Below, in pieces: positions 11,401 through 24,680 of a DNA stretch of 64,000 nt. The notes beneath the pieces were generated by a model. The model ran no database searches. It was not told where the DNA came from and worked only from the letters and a program-made list of their open reading frames with translations. Position 1 is the first letter of the stretch; every line of letters begins with the position of its first letter. Source of the DNA: Nitrospirales bacterium (GTDB taxonomy: Bacteria > Nitrospirota > Nitrospiria > Nitrospirales > UBA8639); the NCBI GenBank assembly GCA_965203295.1, contig CBDBCZ010000018.1, positions 2,240,001-2,304,000 on the forward strand, in the 5' to 3' direction. The translations under genes were made by a program, and so were the position numbers.

Positions 11401-14381
11401 AGTGGGGCTCTCGGCGTCAGTGTACTTCCTTTCTGCTCTTCAGGCAGTGGCTTGTGCAAGAGCTGCCTCCAGAGCACTAGACCCACTGCTGCTGAGTTTG
11501 AGGCCTACCTCAGCTGGTTCCTGCGTGAGGGAGACACCGGGTGTGGTGGGAATGGTGACTCTGCTGCTGCAGTGCGGCTGAATCCCGGCAGCCCCACTGT
11601 CAAAAGTATGATACTTCTTCCTTCAAATTCTGTTTCAGCTAGACTCTGTGTTCTCAATAATTTAGTTCCTCTCTTATTGCCAGTTCTTTTACACGTCTTC
11701 ATAATGTAAATGGCTCGTACACCATACTATTTTTTGTTTTATACACTGTAGGCACACTTGGCTTATGTTAATGTGCTACTGTTGATTGGTAGCGCTGTCA
11801 TATGACATCACACGTGCTTGTTCAGAAACGTGTATGTACTACGTACATATAACACCCACTCATCCACACACACATATGCCATATGCATGCACGTGCGCAA
11901 GATATACACACAGCCTTGTCCTCTGACCAACATTTTGTGCACCGTGTTTTACCATAATTATTATGTTGTACATGTATGCGTACATGTTATATGTAAGTGT
12001 ATTATGCATGCATCAAACATACATGTATGTGTGCACACGCATACTCTTCCATCATCGTATATAAAGGCGCATCACACTGCCCTGAGGGATTCTAGGGACT
12101 ACACTGCAGCTCCGAGACATGCAAAGGAACTGGGAGACAGTCTTTCAGCTGCTCTCAACCACACAGTGTTCCCCACCAGTGGCTTCTATGTCTACTATGA
12201 ACACTACCTGACTATAGTACCAGATATGGCTTTCAGCATTGGAGTCTCATTTGGTAGGTGCCCACAGATCAGTGAGTAGCAGCCGGCACACAATAACACT
12301 ATCCGCTTGTCAGTGTAGTAATTTGGTTAATTTCAATTAAGTTGTGTAGTACCATAACACAAGTTTCCATGACAGCTTTGAGCATACTAAAATATGTCTG
12401 GGTTTTGATACTTATGCATTTTCAGGTTTAGAAGGCAAGCTATATATTAAATAGTTGCGAGCATAATATGCGTTATCACATTCATTGCATTCTACGTGCT
12501 GAAAACAAACTCCCCGTCCCACTTCAGCCTACAGTATGCTATAGTTGTGTGGGTATCCAAATTGACGTATCAATGTTAATATTCTCTTTGAGTAGTAATT
12601 AAGGAACTTGTCAGTGCCTGACCCACTGTCGCATGCCCCCACTACGTGCTCCCGCGTTCTCAGGTGCAGTGTTTCTCGTGAGCTACCTGCTCCTCAGTCT
12701 GGACGTGTGGGCTGCTCTGCTGGCAGTGGTGGGCACCGCAATGATCCTGGTGCACACTCGCGGCAGCATGGCCTACCTGCACATTGAGCTTAACGCCGTG
12801 TCTGTGACCAACCTTGTCATGGTGAGGGCTTGGGACTGTGCGTTTTGCATCGAAATAGTCTGGTTGCCCTAATTATGAAACATGTGCTTATGTCCTTAGA
12901 GCTATGGTAAAATAGCCATGGAATTGAAGTACGTATATGTAGTCTGTCTCAATCTGTTTGCAATAATTCTTAGTCTAGCATTGATAGTAGATTGACTCAC
13001 TCTCTGAGTCTTAGAATTTTCCTGCTTCTACATGTATTAGGAACATTACATTGTAAATGTATTTTGTTTCCATTTTCAGATGGTTGGTATTTCCCTGGGA
13101 TTTTCCTCACATTTGGTCTGGCGGTTTCTCTCCTGCTCCCTTCCCACACGCTACTTGAGGGCTGTGTCAGTGCTGACTGATTTGGTAAGTGGGGACTTTA
13201 CGTTACAGTCAGCCATTGCTGCATGCCTAATAGTCATGTTTCATAACCCATTAATTGACTATCAACTGGCTGAGGTCAGCCGCTTATAGGCTAGCCAAAT
13301 TTCGGCTAGCTGATTAATTATTAATGCATGATAGTTTAGGAGGGTTTGTCTATGTTGCAATTCATAATTGCAAGAATGTTTTGAAATAGTAGTGTCATTT
13401 AAATTATGATGAGCATTTCCTGGTTGTGCAAATATACAGTGTATACATAGAACTGGCTAATGAGCTTGCATTTATAAGTTTACGTATGACATACTGTTTC
13501 AAAACATTCTTGTAACTAGAAGTCTCTAGCAGAGACATACCCCGCGCTCCTGGACCCTGCAGACTGGAAACAGCATAAGATCCATATACCGTGTTCATGT
13601 AACGCCATATACGAGCTGTAGGCGTGGCTGATTGCCGTAGTTTTGACATGGGCGTTTCTCTACGTATACTCCAGTATGCTTTTGTTGAATAAAAGACTCG
13701 TATACCATACTCGAGCGCTCGCGTATGTCCGTATTTAAGCTGTAGGCGTGACCAACTGCCGTATTAAAAAGGCATGACCAATTGCCGTATTAAAAAAATG
13801 ATGGAACACACCGATAATCAGAAAAAGCGTGGAAATGCCGGGAATAGAACCGCTTTCTACTTTATCAGGTACATATAAGCTAATGTACCACGGACTCGAG
13901 CGTTATCCACCAGTTTAGAAACTGTTGTAGCCTCTAAATCGCCCGTTAGAAGGGTTTTCCAAAAAATTTTATGACAGATGACGACGACGACAGACGGACA
14001 AAACCGATTGCTTAACCCCGCTTGCGCATACACAGCGCGGGGTAATTATTAATTGCAATTGTTCGGAAAGTGGAGTGATTGCCATGCAGCATCAGAACCA
14101 GAACAACAACCAGTGCATGTATAGTATGACAATCAACACTTGGTAGACTGACAATGATGTGTGGTTTATCCTGGCTTGCTTTCTCCTTCCATAGTTGGCT
14201 GGTGGTATTGCGATAACCTTTATCTTTGGTATTGCGATGACCAAGTTCTTGGCTGTGTTTACCCTTGTCTTTGCCGGTCCTCTGATCTTTGATGTCTACT
14301 ATTTTAGGATGTACATCAGTCTCCTTGTCTGGGCGACCCTGCATGGACTGCTCCTCCTGCCAGTGCTGCTCAGCTACATCG
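8405..14381 (+). pseudogene. NPC1: NPC1/NPC1L1-family sterol transporter, C-terminal half (exons 8405-8626, 8992-9039, 9510-9710, 9829-9935, 10334-10407, 10923-11044, 11444-11605, 12053-12253, 12664-12821, 13080-13184, 14195-14381; possible last exon 15234-15301)
   Basis: Motifs: SSD end (PRLLLTSVPETIAFLLGGLSTVPAV), IGLDPTTAFPKDSYL, PPVYFVI, WLDAYLEWL..CC, FYVYYEHYLTI, LNAVSVTNLVM, GIS..FSSH, FDVYYFRMY, HGLLLLPVLLSYIG. Lesions: phase mismatch between exons 9829-9935 and 10334 (QNK|IC is out of frame), acceptor reads AT instead of AG at 12051-12052, and N-terminal exons are not found. Confidence 0.85.
13513..14046 (+). mobile_element. Helentron/DINE-like non-autonomous element in an NPC1 intron
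   Basis: Begins AACTAG, has a GAC/GACA microsatellite tract and a 3' hairpin CCCCGC...GCGGGG. A degraded similar 3' end lies at ~11323-11393. Confidence 0.5.
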
Positions 14382-14743
14382 GTGAGTGAGGGGCAGCTAC
14401 AACCTGTGACACAGCAGGGCTTCATACGTTAAGATACTTTGCCTGGGGAAGACTTTTGGGATAGTAAACAGTTGTGTGCGAAACGAACGGTGCCCTAACT
14501 TAACTGCAGTACATACCCTGCGGAACTTGTTCATCCCGTTCTAGCTCTGTTCTGCATGCATGTGTATGCTGAATCGATGCATAGCGTAATAAATGTCACA
14601 AGTTATGCCTTACAACTTTCACTCCCTTGCTGCGGGCATCTTTGCAGCTGCTCTTGTTCCTTGTCACTAATTACTATGTCATAGTCTCCAAAACTGAGTT
14701 CTGCTGCACAATTACCACATATACGTATATATATATATATATA

Positions 14744-15070
14744 ACAATGGGTATGTCCATCACACATGCAGTGGCTTCACGCTTTCTGCTTGAACTAGCT
14801 ACATATGAGGGGTTTGCACAGTCTGAGACTAGCTGCAGTTCATTCATTCATGCTTCCCTTTAGGTCCTACATCTCATCCAGTAATTATAAATTAATGGAT
14901 GTAGCATCAATAGGCATATGTAGGCAATGGGTGTGTCCATCCGGCATGCAGCGGCTTTACATTTTCTGCTTTCACTACATGTATGTAGGGTTTGCTAAGG
15001 ATCATCCAAAGTAGCTACAGTCCATTCATTCATGTTTCCCTTTAGGTCCTACATCTCATCCAGTAATTAT
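14744..15070. repeat. Diverged tandem duplication with ~180-bp period
   Basis: CAATGGGT.TGTCCAT...CATTCATTCATG.TTCCCTTTAGGTCCTACATCTCATCCAGTAATTAT occurs twice. Confidence 0.8.
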
Positions 15071-18000
15071 GGATTTCAAGCCCTGTAGTGAAAGTGTGAA
15101 TCTCAAGAAGTCAAGAAGCATTCAAGAGAGGTGCCACACAATGACCATTTGGAGTAAATTGTCTTGAGGCTGAGTAACCTGTTCTGTATTAGTTTATAAG
15201 TGAGTTGTGTAGCATTGCACCCCCTCTATGCAGTTGATAAAGAAGATACTATATTGGAAGTCGCTATCGAGTACGTTCTGAAGAACGGCTACACCCCTTG
15301 AGCAAGGACAGAAAGCGTACTGTGTACATGTATAACGTATCATTTTCTTTTTGTCATTGTTAATCCAACTTGTGTGTGTGTGTGGGGTGGGTCCAAATCA
15401 TGTATTGAGTTTATATTCAGGAAATTGTGCAATTTGAAGGGGGGTCCTTACATTTCAATGGTGGTCCGAAAATTTCAGTGCATTTCTGAAATATTAGTTC
15501 CAGGGGGTCCACATATTTCGAAATATTTGGACCGGGGGGAACAATTTTGGGGGGGTCCAAATTTATCATGACACTCCCTGCAAATTGAATCCGTGTAGCT
15601 AGTAAAATTAAATGTACATTCATGAGAGTCTAGCACTTAGCTAGTAAGTGTGCGCACCTCTGGTCTTGTGACTCGGCCCTCTTCGGTCTTTTAGCTGCGG
15701 CTTTGTCTGCCTCTCATTGTTTTTTTTCTTCGTAGAGTAGTTCAACCCTCCCCTGAATGCTGTTGTAGTCAACAAACACACAGCCCCTTGCTAGGTTAAA
15801 AATTGGTGGTCTTATATACCTTCATATCCCAACAAACAGGACTGAGAGCTAGAACCTAAATTGTGCATCCACCCTTTGTGATGTGGTAGAATCATGGCCT
15901 AATTATGTCTCCTCTCTTGTATAGTTTGCATGTGTAAAGTGTAGGATCTAGAGATTCCGTGACTATTGGTGACAGCTAGTAGATTAATTGTTCACCTGAA
16001 CCCCACCCACAAACGTTTACATTTAGCTCCACCCACTTTTTGTGTATGTACAATCATGTATACAACCTATAGGATGTCTTCTGCGAGTGCTGCATCAAAT
16101 GTTGAGGTTGACGGATACATCACAGCCTTGATCAATGTTTTTGAGATAATCTTATGACCTGGTAGGCTTGTACTATTGATGTGAGGGTGGAGCTGCTCTG
16201 ATGAGGTGTGCTGATCACACCTCAGTCAGGTGCAGTGTGCACAGGTGTGCTCAACCCACCATAAGTGTAAAAGTGTGTTTAGCACACCTGTTTTCATAAT
16301 TGGTGTGCTCTGCACTCTTCCTTACAGCACACCTCTTAAAATTAGTGTGCTATGACCACTTGTAAAAACACAAGTGGTGTGCAGTACACACTGGATTACA
16401 ATGATAGTGTGCCCTGCACACTTCTCTTCACGGCACACCAGTGGTGTGCTGAGAAACTGGTGTGCTAGTACCACTCAAAGGTGTGCTACCGCCACCTCAT
16501 TTCTAAGAGTGTACCCAAGTCACTCATTCTCTCTCTCCAGAGTGCACACTCATGTTACAGAGGATTAAAAGAGTAAAGCAGTTGAAACGCGTGACAACAG
16601 TATTTGAAATAGGCATGCTAACGTTTTTACGGAATAGTCCACGCGCACGGACGGGGGGGGGGGGGCTCGCTCGCGCTCGTTTCAAGAGGGAAATTACTAC
16701 ATGTAGTAATACAAAAGAAATAATCACGCTCGTCCCAAAAAGAGTATATAGTATAAAAAAATAAATAAAAACTCGCCATAAAAGGAGTGATACAAAAAAA
16801 AATAGTAATTCACGCTCGCCCCAAAAGGAGTAATAAAATAATAATACAATAATTATCAGCAATAGCATGCAGGATAAACATTGTACAAAATCTGAAATAA
16901 GACTTCTACAATGTCATGCAAGTATATGCAGCACAAATGTGGCATACTCACTTGAAATAAAAAAAAGAACAGTTCAACGTGTGACGACAGCTTCATCACA
17001 TGTAAATAGTCACGAAGAGAAAGTCTCGTCCACTTGAATCTTGACTTCCTGCTTCTAAATCAATCTTTATACTGTTGTCCAAGGTATCTGCATTTGAAAT
17101 CACCACTGATGCACTCTCCGGTAGAGCTTGTAAATTTTCATTTGGGTGCTCGGATACTGTTGAGCTCCAGCCACTGCTTGTGATGTGTGTGAACTCACTA
17201 CCTGCACGGCAGTATAAACATTATACAATAGTCAACATGACATTGTAATCACCCTTGTAGATGCAGTTACAGAAACACTATAATAGAGCCAATAACGCCT
17301 CGGTACAAATCTGACTAGTACACTCTAATACGCATGCATAGCCTATTTGTAGAATCTGAATGCCAGAGCTCAGTATGTATAAAACAACTTATGCAGTATT
17401 AGCAGGATCGATGATTATTGTTTTTGAAAGCACTGACAGGCTCATGCAGTAACACTGTGACTTACTCTCTTCTTGTACAGCCTGGTACTTTTCTGACGTA
17501 ACTTTGCCTTCTGGCTTCCTACCCTGGGTGGTAAAACAGTGTATGAAGCCGGTGATGTTACGAAGAATAACATGAACACTTGGCCATCATTGTCTCTACC
17601 AAGTGAATCGGATCAGCTCAAGACTCTATTACAAGCTCTATATGCATGCCACATATCGCAGAGACCTAATGCACTAGCTGTCACCATAGTCACTGTTCAT
17701 TCCAGAGACTTTTATGCTTGCTTAACACAATGAGGTACATAAGCAGTAAATCCTTATTGGTCCTGCTCTCTATCTGTACATGACTGCAGCCATTCATGCC
17801 TCTACTCCTCTTTGAAATATCTTCAGAAACGTGTGGCCTAACCAGCAATAGAATTTGTGCAGATAGAGCCTAATTTTCGAACCATGAACCCAACAACTAT
17901 TGAACCAAGGGAACAAAACTTTCAACCACTGCTCAAACTACACAGATGTACTATTACTTTATCCAATCAATGAAATGTACAAAACCAATTTTATATGTAT

Positions 18001-18199
18001 TTTTAACTTTCCTTCAAAGCTGTGCAGTATTTTCAAAGGAAACACTGATCTTTATGGACTTATACTGAAAATAATGACAGTCTCGTGTCTTCAAGACGAC
18101 AAAGACTAGTTATCTACTTTTAATTCCCCCCCCCACAAACATACAATTTAAAAATTAGGTATGCATTACATAAAAATGTGCCAGAGACAGGACATAGCT

Positions 18200-19430
18200 A
18201 ACAGTTGCATTAATTACTGCTTATCTGTGATGGTAGGGAAATCGGAGAAAAGGCGATAATGTGTGGCAAAGCGGTGAGGTGGTGGAACGGTGAGATTAAG
18301 GAGAAGATTATGATAAGGAGACTGGTTTACAAGGAGATTAGTATTAGCAGGGAAGATAAATGGGGAGAGTGTTACAAACTATGTTCGGAAATCAAGGAAT
18401 TGGTATAGATAGTTGAAATGAAGTGATTGAAAAGGCTAATAAAGATTTTCATGAAAACAGGAAAGAGTTCTTGGGCATTTGTTGGCAGAATCTTCAAAGG
18501 GTATAAGGGTATATTGCTTATTTGAGGGTTCATGTGTAACCAGTACCAAGGGAGTATTATGTGAGCATTATTAAAGACTGTCTACAGCATCTGCAGATGT
18601 TCAGTTTGATGGTAGCTGGAAAGAGTATGTAGGGCAGAAAGTGACAGAATAATATATGTCTCGATTACGGAAGGTTAAGGTTTTGGACAGTGGAATTAGT
18701 TTTGCAGAAATTTAACTAAAACCTTAAAGAATAATAATGCAGGAGGTAATGATCGGCTTGTCATTAGTCTGTTGAAAGTCTAATCTGAAGTAGTTTGTAC
18801 AGTGGAGACTGTTCCAAAACAAAGAGGACAAGTGCTAATTTTTAGCTTGTATAAGAAAGGTGATACTGAGGGCCCGGGTAATTACAGAGGCATTACATTA
18901 TTGAATGTGGGAGGAAAATTGTTCTAAACAATCGCATAGTAATCACATTAGAATAAGAAAGAGCTCTTTATGAAGATTTAGAGAGAAAATGAGTCATGTT
19001 GATGGCATCTTTGCTCTCAATGAAATCATACCAGGTAGAATGAGGAACACTTAAGCTTTTTTTTTAAATGTTCAGAAGTACTTGACAGAGTTTACATGAT
19101 CACACAGAGTGCTGTATTACTGAAGAGAGAAATATCTGATATAGGTCAGGGGGTGGCACAGATTTGTAGTATGTCACCTATCTTATTTAACTCTATTAAT
19201 CAGTTGTTAGATGAGGTTGAGAAGGCTGTGATTGGATTTAATATTAAGAAGGATGTTCAGGTTGGGGGTCTAATGTTTGCCGATGATTTTGTAGGTTTAA
19301 CTCCTAATGCTGAGGACTTACAAACATTGATTAATGTAGTACAGGGGTTTTGTAATAAATGGAGGTTGAAATCTAACATAAAAAGAGTGTTATTACGGTA
19401 TTTTCTAAAGAGGTTGATACAGGCACATGT
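18200..19430 (+). mobile_element. Highly degenerate non-LTR retrotransposon (LINE) RT fragment
   Basis: Remnant motifs YKKGD...GNYRGITLLN (18850-18906), GVAQ...SPILF and GLMFADDFV; many stops and frameshifts. Confidence 0.8.
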
Positions 19431-22109
19431 TCTTGTTCCGAAGTCTGGCTCCAGGTGGACCAAATTTAAAAGGATTAACTACTTGATGTAGATGACCTGC
19501 TGCACGTTAGAGACTCGGGTAAATTACATAGCTGCAATCCAGCATGCAGGTATGGGGCTATTATAATATAGGTTCATCGCGCAAAACTGCCTGGCATACA
19601 CAGCGTGCTTGATGTCTACACAGAAGCTTAACATTTCAATGACAATGTTGATGCATTTTATATATTAGATGTCAAGATATATACAGTACATACTTTCCCC
19701 TATATTATACGGGCGCATACGTATGTATGTGTATCCCATAGCAGGGAGAGAGTTACGTGTACTTCATTACTCTACTTAGTGCTTACCGTTCGTGCGTGGC
19801 ATGTTTCATATAAAATAACCCTCTCTCAATGCAACCTTCATCATGCAAACATCAATGTACATATGATACATTGTATTTTCATGTAACCTACCATAGATAG
19901 CAGTAACATGAAGCTGTGATGGTTGAAGAATAGACAGCCCAAAATGCTCCAGTAAATCCTCTGAAATTTGTAATGAAGCTATACACTCCAGGGATGCTGT
20001 GGAGAATACTGTGGAGAAGCCCCAACTACAAAATTTGTGGGTAGGAAAGTGAAAGATTGCAATCTATCATTTCTGTAAAACATTCTTTGGTTAGGGCATA
20101 GGAAGACCATTCAATGGTACTTTTGAACTCCCAAATGCAATCTTATCACAAACTGCTACTCCGCTGTTCAGTTTTTAACTGCAATTCACATCCAAAGCAA
20201 TGTAGGGGCAGCCTGTGTACCCTATACTACACTGACCCTGAGTATTCACTGGCACTCACTAGAGAGCATCGGTGATTTTCATAGAGGCTCCGCTGCGAGC
20301 CTACAAGGCTTGGATCCAAGGAGAATGATGAACAGGGTCTAGGCAAAAAAGAGAGTGAACATCAGAGTGAGAAATTGTACGTGCATACTATATGAGGAAG
20401 GCTACTGTGCATTGCCAGGTTGACTGACAATAGCATGACAAGTGAGAATAGTTAGCTACGTGTATAATACAAGGTGCTACAAGTAAATGAATGGTTTGCA
20501 ATCTAATCTACTAAGTATGGGTCCTCGAGGACTGGTCGAACACTGCTAGGGAACGTGAAGCAGATGAGCTCTCCATTAGATTGATATTGATAGCAACTTT
20601 AAGTGAACTGAAACGTAGCCGTTTTAAAACTAACTCACTTTTCAGCTTATCAATTTAACTACAGTATGTATTTAATGGTGTTTGTAAATGTATTACTGTG
20701 AGTCTGCACATATCTTCTTACAAAATGGAGCATACACATACTATGCACATGCCCTACAATGATGCGGTTAATTCTATAGCTGCCCTGACAAAAAAATTAC
20801 CAGATTGAGAAAAAAGAAGTAAACAGGAATGTACTTACCTGATGATGATGATGATTACATAAATATGTATACATCTAACCAGTGCACTCCTGTTTAAACA
20901 CAGCTACTCAAGTGTTAATACCATGAATGTACATACCGGTATACGTACAACTCACTGACCAGATGAATATTATGGGTGTGCAGTGAATAAGCGCTAAGGG
21001 CGCTCACTCCTCCGGCCTCAAAAGCTTTGTAAACTATAGCCTGCAGGAAGAGGGACATGAAGATCTGTGAGACAGAAACCCAGCAACAGTACAGACATGC
21101 CTACATTCTGAAGTACAATTGTAGTTAACATAACAACAGATGAGACATTTTGGCACAGATGCAGTGTCCACTCCCTGCAGTCTCTGTTTCAGACAAAAAA
21201 AAACATGGAAGGGAGACTTGAATATAGAGGAACTGGAAGAGCATGTACGTACTTCCAAAACAGCTAGATGTTCAGATCATATTCAATCACACAGTCTTCA
21301 GAGCTGGATCGCTACCTTATGAAGGCAAAATAGCGGTGGCTACTAATGAAGGGCAGCGTCTATTTGCGGAAACACAGTATTGATATGCACAGTGAAATTA
21401 AGAGAAAAGAACGTAGGTGTTCCTGTAAACCCCAATGTTGAATGTCGTGAATTGGCTGATTAGGATACTTACTATTACACTGTTTAACTTTGCAGAATCC
21501 TTGAAGTAGAGGGTATATTACGTACGTATATGTATGCACATACAGTCTGAGTATGTGCCTACACATACAATGCAACAGTAGTTATGACGGTACATGTATA
21601 CAGATAATGCTATCATACTTTGACAATATATTATACCGGTATCATTGTATTTTCTATCATTTGAATGCAATGAATGGTGTGTTCCCATGTTAGGCATTGT
21701 AGTCGTTCCAGCGCTGGTGCTAGCCATGTTGGTTAGGCTGTGATTGGTTACCAGAGTGCTGCAGTGGGAGCTTTACAGTAGTACAGCTGGTAGCAATATC
21801 ACAGCTGCTGGCAAAGCTGACCAAAAATTTCCATAGTTCATGGTAGTTCTATCTGTACTTGTTGAGGGCTTGTGCTACCTGAGAAGGGCTTGGATCTGCG
21901 GAGTTAAAGCCAAGAGCTGGACTCAAATTGTAAGGTTTGTGATTTTAGTATGAGCAAAAGGTTACCGTTTATTTATCATCTGTACATATGATTAGCTAAG
22001 AACTGTGCTGTTATTAACTTAATAGTTGGTCGAAATGGTCTTTTTCCATCCCTCCATATGTTTTTCCTTTACTATAAGATTTATTGTGGTAAAAGTCTTT
22101 TTTCACCTG

Positions 22110-23975
22110 GGTATGCTGGCCGCAAAAAAAAATTGTACCCAATTTCTTTGGCCCATGCCAGCTCTAGTTTAGTCAGTTGATTTAGTATTGTGAGTCTGCA
22201 CCATGCACTCCACCTTCTGTCCATCTCCAGGCCGCAATTCTTCCCTTAGCTTGGTAAAGTACTCCCTCTCTTTCTCCACCTCTCCACACTAATCTTGCAG
22301 CCTTTGTGAATGTACAGTGAAATATGTAGAGTGATGTGTGATTGTATTGTAATCTGCTCCACATTCTCTATTATACTACGATACATAAATTTAAGTGCTA
22401 CTGGTTATTAATGGAGTTGTTGTAGGTGTTTATTATATAATTCTTGGGATAGACTAGTTTAGTGCATGTGCAATTAATGACAACTCATGATTATATCAAT
22501 CTTTCATGTGCTATGTATGTACATAGCAAGTGGTGGGGTTGAACCTTTACAAAGATTTGCAGTGGACAGCTTTATAATGTTAATGTCAAGAACAATCTCA
22601 GGCCCTGCGAAATACTATCATCCCCTGTATGTACAGATTTGCAAGGTATTTGGGTAACAGTACAATGTAAGATAACCTTTCTTTTCAGCTTCCAATTCAG
22701 CAAGACTGCGCTCTAACTGTGACTCAGATTCAGATTCATGTCTAATCCGATCTTTTGCCTAGTAGCAGCAAAGGAAAGGGAAATAAGTTCAAATGTAATA
22801 TAATCATTTACAAGTCTCACCATTTGGACAGCTTTTTGGAACACTTCAGACTCACTAATGTCTCTACTAGCTGCCACCATGAAGAAGCTGAAATTTTAAG
22901 AAGACAATTGCTATATTATTCTGTATCCAAACTGCATGGGTAAGAGTTGACTCAATTAGTCTACCAGGCTAGTAAATGGTTCGTGAAAACTCTGCAGTTG
23001 GTTGCTGGTAGTATACGTATACATCTAACATGATCAGCTGTAATCTAGCAAAAACATGCATATGTACATATCACACATACGTATGTTACTTCTCTACATA
23101 CATCATTCACAAATGGCTTTTACTTACCACTTTTTCCAGGTCTGCTATCTTGCCATACAAGGCATCTCTCTCAGCTTGAGCTTGACTCATTAGCTGTTGG
23201 TGGGCCTCCAGAACTGCTGCCTATGAAGGAGAGGTATTGGGAGAATCGTTTCAACAGCAGTAGAATCAGCACGGCAGACTTGTCTCAATTCCACCCTTCT
23301 CATTTTTTTCCTTTTGAGCTTCCTCCCTTTCTCTTACAAGCCTCTCAATTTCTTCATGACCCAAAGTATTCTCCCTATAGAAGCAATATGTAGATGTAAG
23401 CTGTATCTCAATTATCGCAAATAGCTAGTATGTTTGTACACGTGTTCTAGCTGTTGAGGTGGGTAATATCGTACTAACAGTATGAACCTGTGTTCAGGTT
23501 GTTGCTTCAACTTTGTCATCTCTTGCTGATAGGCTGACAGCAATGCTTTCTGTGACATGTCCTTGTTGATCTGCGCAGTGTTCTTGATACTTTTTGCCCT
23601 GAGTATTCAAGTGTGGATATAGAAAGAGAATACAGCTAAGAAAGAACTGATATGAAGCATAATCAACTGTTTTAATAAGTGTAAAGAATGCAGATTTAGC
23701 CACTGACTCTGAATACAACACTAGGTGAGCTAGTAGTGATGGCTGTCAGCAGATATGTATACAACTCAACTGTTCCTAGTATGAAATATGTACGTGAACA
23801 GGCTGCTACATATTTGCATGTAACATTAATTGGAGAATAATAATAGCATGCTTCCCTTACACCAGAATAAATTCTCATGGTAATTTTTCATTGTGGGTAT
23901 AATTACGTAAAAATAAGTACTGGATACTGGTATATACGTATGTACATGCGTACCTCTGTTCTTCAAAATCTTATA
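22110..23975. repeat. Segmental duplication, arm A (inverted relative to 30611-32512)
   Basis: Near-identical reverse-complement sequence including introns; ORF-track peptides MRIYSGVREACYYY and MPSS.KGK..KFK occur on opposite strands in the two arms. Confidence 0.9.
22214..23598 (-). pseudogene. Kinesin-family gene fragment, copy A (inverted duplicate of copy B)
   Basis: Exon 23488-23598 reads RAKSIKNTAQINKDMSQKALLSAYQQEMTKLKQQPEH. Following exons match copy B, with an extra A (frameshift) near 23303-23309 and a TAG in the exon near 22290. Confidence 0.7.
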
Positions 23976-24187
23976 TTCTTTCTGCTTCTTATGGATTCTG
24001 CTTTTTTTCAGTATAGGCATGTACTTAAATTTCTTTGTAGCATCACACATACACGTACATGTACATGTATTCTAAGATGAGATCTTTTGGACCAACGGGC
24101 TTCAAACTAAAAGTGAAAAGTTATTCACATTTTGGTTTTCACATCATTATCCATTTTTAGTGAGCATGCAGCTGCGACTGCTGCCAT

Positions 24188-24523
24188 AATAGAGAGTTTT
24201 CACGTGTCGTCACAGAACACATGCTCCAGAAGTATATCCGTGTCACGTTCCGTTTATGCCCACTTTTGCTCAAAGTACGACTAGATTGGCATGTCAAACA
24301 GTGATCTCAGAAACAAGAGCTGCTGGGAACTTACGCATTCAGTATCTCCACTATCGCTGTGAGGAAGTTTCAGGAGGGATAAATTGAGTGGATCTGCCAT
24401 CTAGACTACGAGTACGAGAGTAACTTCCGGTGTTTATGAGTATGGCTATGTACTTTTACTGCCCACCAAAATGACGCCCTGGTAACAGTTTCTACATGCG
24501 GATGATGTCAATGAAAACTCTAT
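24188..24523. mobile_element. MITE with ATAGAGAGTTTTCA / TGAAAACTCTATAT ends
   Basis: Imperfect terminal inverted repeats that extend into TGACGTCA-like boxes. Confidence 0.55.
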
Positions 24524-24680
24524 ATTGCACCATGCATGCCCAAGTAGTGATTCATTACCTGCATCTCTGCTTGCCCACCATATACACCTACTTCATAAGT
24601 AGTTCAATAATACACAGTCTTCCAAACAGCTCACAGGACATGCACTAGTCATAAATATCTAATGTACATGTAAGTAGTAC

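Noticed and set aside
13825..13905. tRNA-like B-box on the minus strand
   Set aside because: No cloverleaf can be folded; embedded in a non-autonomous element.
16196..16232. CTGATGA followed by a hairpin (possible hammerhead)
   Set aside because: No GAAA or cleavage triplet after helix II; part of a GCACACC-rich MITE.
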